Positions 62,555 to 64,000 of a DNA stretch of 64,000 nt are shown here, piece after piece; position 1 is the first letter of the stretch; each line of letters starts with the position of its first letter. The DNA is from Gekko japonicus (taxonomy: Eukaryota). The position numbers and the translations under genes were made by a program. The stretch lies in contig NW_015164182.1 in assembly GCF_001447785.1 (NCBI RefSeq), forward strand, positions 295,525 to 359,524. Reading direction: 5' to 3'. A model generated the notes under the pieces. It saw only the letters and a program-made list of their open reading frames with translations. It had not been told where the DNA came from and searched no databases.

Positions 62555-62885
62555 GAGCTGCGGTGGTTCAAGTGGTTAAGACGCTGAACTGCAGGCTGTG
62601 GAAGGTCAGTAGTTCAGCAGTTTGAGACCCGGGTGCCGCATGATGGAGTGAGCTCCCATCTCTAGTTCCAGCTCCTGCCAACCTAGCAGTTCGAAAGCAA
62701 GAAATTGCAAGTAGATAAATAGGTACCACTTTGGTGGGAAGGTAACAGCATTCCGTGCACCTTGGTGTTTAATCATGCCGGCCACATGACCACGGAAATG
62801 TCTTCGGACAGTGCTGGCTCTTCGGCTTTGAAACGGAGATGAGCACCGCAACCCTAGAGTCTGATTCGACTGGCTTTCGAGCAAG
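62555..62885 (+). mobile_element. Sauria SINE, near full length
   Basis: tRNA-like head ggagctgcggtggttcaagtggttaag...gtttgagaccc. Body matches 46452-46670. Confidence 0.8.
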
Positions 62886-64000
62886 TTGTTAGAAGTGCTA
62901 ATAGTTAAAAATTAAAGCCTAGTTAGTTGTTTAGAGTGCCTGATTATCTGAAAGGACTTTGGGGGTGTGCCTAACTGTCTGAAAAGGTTCTGGGGATGTC
63001 AAGACATTTATAAGATCCTGTGCCTAAATTAATGTTGCATAGGATTTGATTAGAATTTGTGTGGCTATATTCTGGAGAACCCTAGATAGGTACCTCCTTG
63101 TTGAGAAGGTCGATAACTATGGACAGTCTTCCTGGAGAGACTGCTCCTCCTCTGCTTCTTATCTTCCCCTACAGTGTACAGCTCTGGGGAGTGTGCCTTG
63201 TCCAACCAACAAGTACAACCAGTACGTTGAATATAACACATTATTGGGAACATAACCCAGAATCCTCTGTGACATGAGAAGGGGGGAGTTCCATGGCAAA
63301 CAGGTCTGATACTGTAGAACCGTGGAAAATGTTGGATTAAATTGACCTTTCCTTGTATAACTGATCTCATTGAACAGTAGCTCTGTAAAATCTTCCAGCT
63401 CCAAGAAGATCCTGCATTTTTTGGTTTAATTTTGCATTGAAGCCTTGCCTTGAAATTTTGTTTCTCTCACAATCTTGTTTTTTCTCTCCTTTTGACTAAG
63501 TATCTCTGCTGAGGTTCCTCTTACCAGATGGAATGTTCAGCTAGATAGCCTGAGCCCCCACAGAGAGTTGTTAGAAGTGCTAAGTTTTGCACAATCCAGG
63601 AAAAAGAGCAAGGGGAAAAGATCTTAGTCACCCTCTGGTGAGTGCCGCATGCTTGGAAAGGATACTTCTGCTGAATCCTTGACTCTTGCTTGGTTTGCAT
63701 GGAGTTGTTACAGTGTGAAGTCGCTGCTGCCTGCAGGTGATGTCTGCTGCCAAATGGCTCATGACTTGTGCTTTCTCTGGCATCATGGGCTGAACATGAC
63801 ATGTATTCTGTAGTCAGCTTGCTCGATTTAACTCATGACCTTGGAAAGGGGAGGGGGGAGCCTCGGTTTCATCTGGGAGGTCCGCCAAAGCTAAAAGTCT
63901 CTGAGTTCATAACTAACTCCAAGAACTAGAAATTGATGGGTTTCATTTTTGTCCTCTCAGTTTACAGTTTCCTGTCCTGAACCCCCTTAAAGATAGTTGT

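Overview
Vertebrate genomic DNA from a squamate, most likely a gecko; this is inferred from BovB, Sauria-SINE, CR1, L2 and Penelope-type repeats. There are four assembly gaps. The window holds three complete spliced protein-coding genes. BSDC1 (+, 11 coding exons, 6485-27174, 441 aa) lies tail-to-tail with TSSK3 (-, 2 exons, 37257-31263, 268 aa). TSSK3 lies head-to-head with a compact FAM229A (+, 2 coding exons, 40746-43401, 73 aa). A CpG island near 52 kb carries the first exon (ATGG|gt) of a fourth gene whose further exons I could not find. The rest is a dense record of transposons: three BovB LINEs, CR1s and L2s; a Gmr1-like Gypsy relic with a SCAN-like capsid, into which an L2 and a hAT MITE are nested; two non-autonomous Helitrons; hAT MITEs with 8-bp TSDs; an L1 insertion with a 5' inversion; a composite non-autonomous L1-like insertion; and Penelope-type fragments with hammerhead-like cores. 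I found no prokaryotic system or CRISPR array. Gene names come from recalled protein similarity and synteny, not from a database search.
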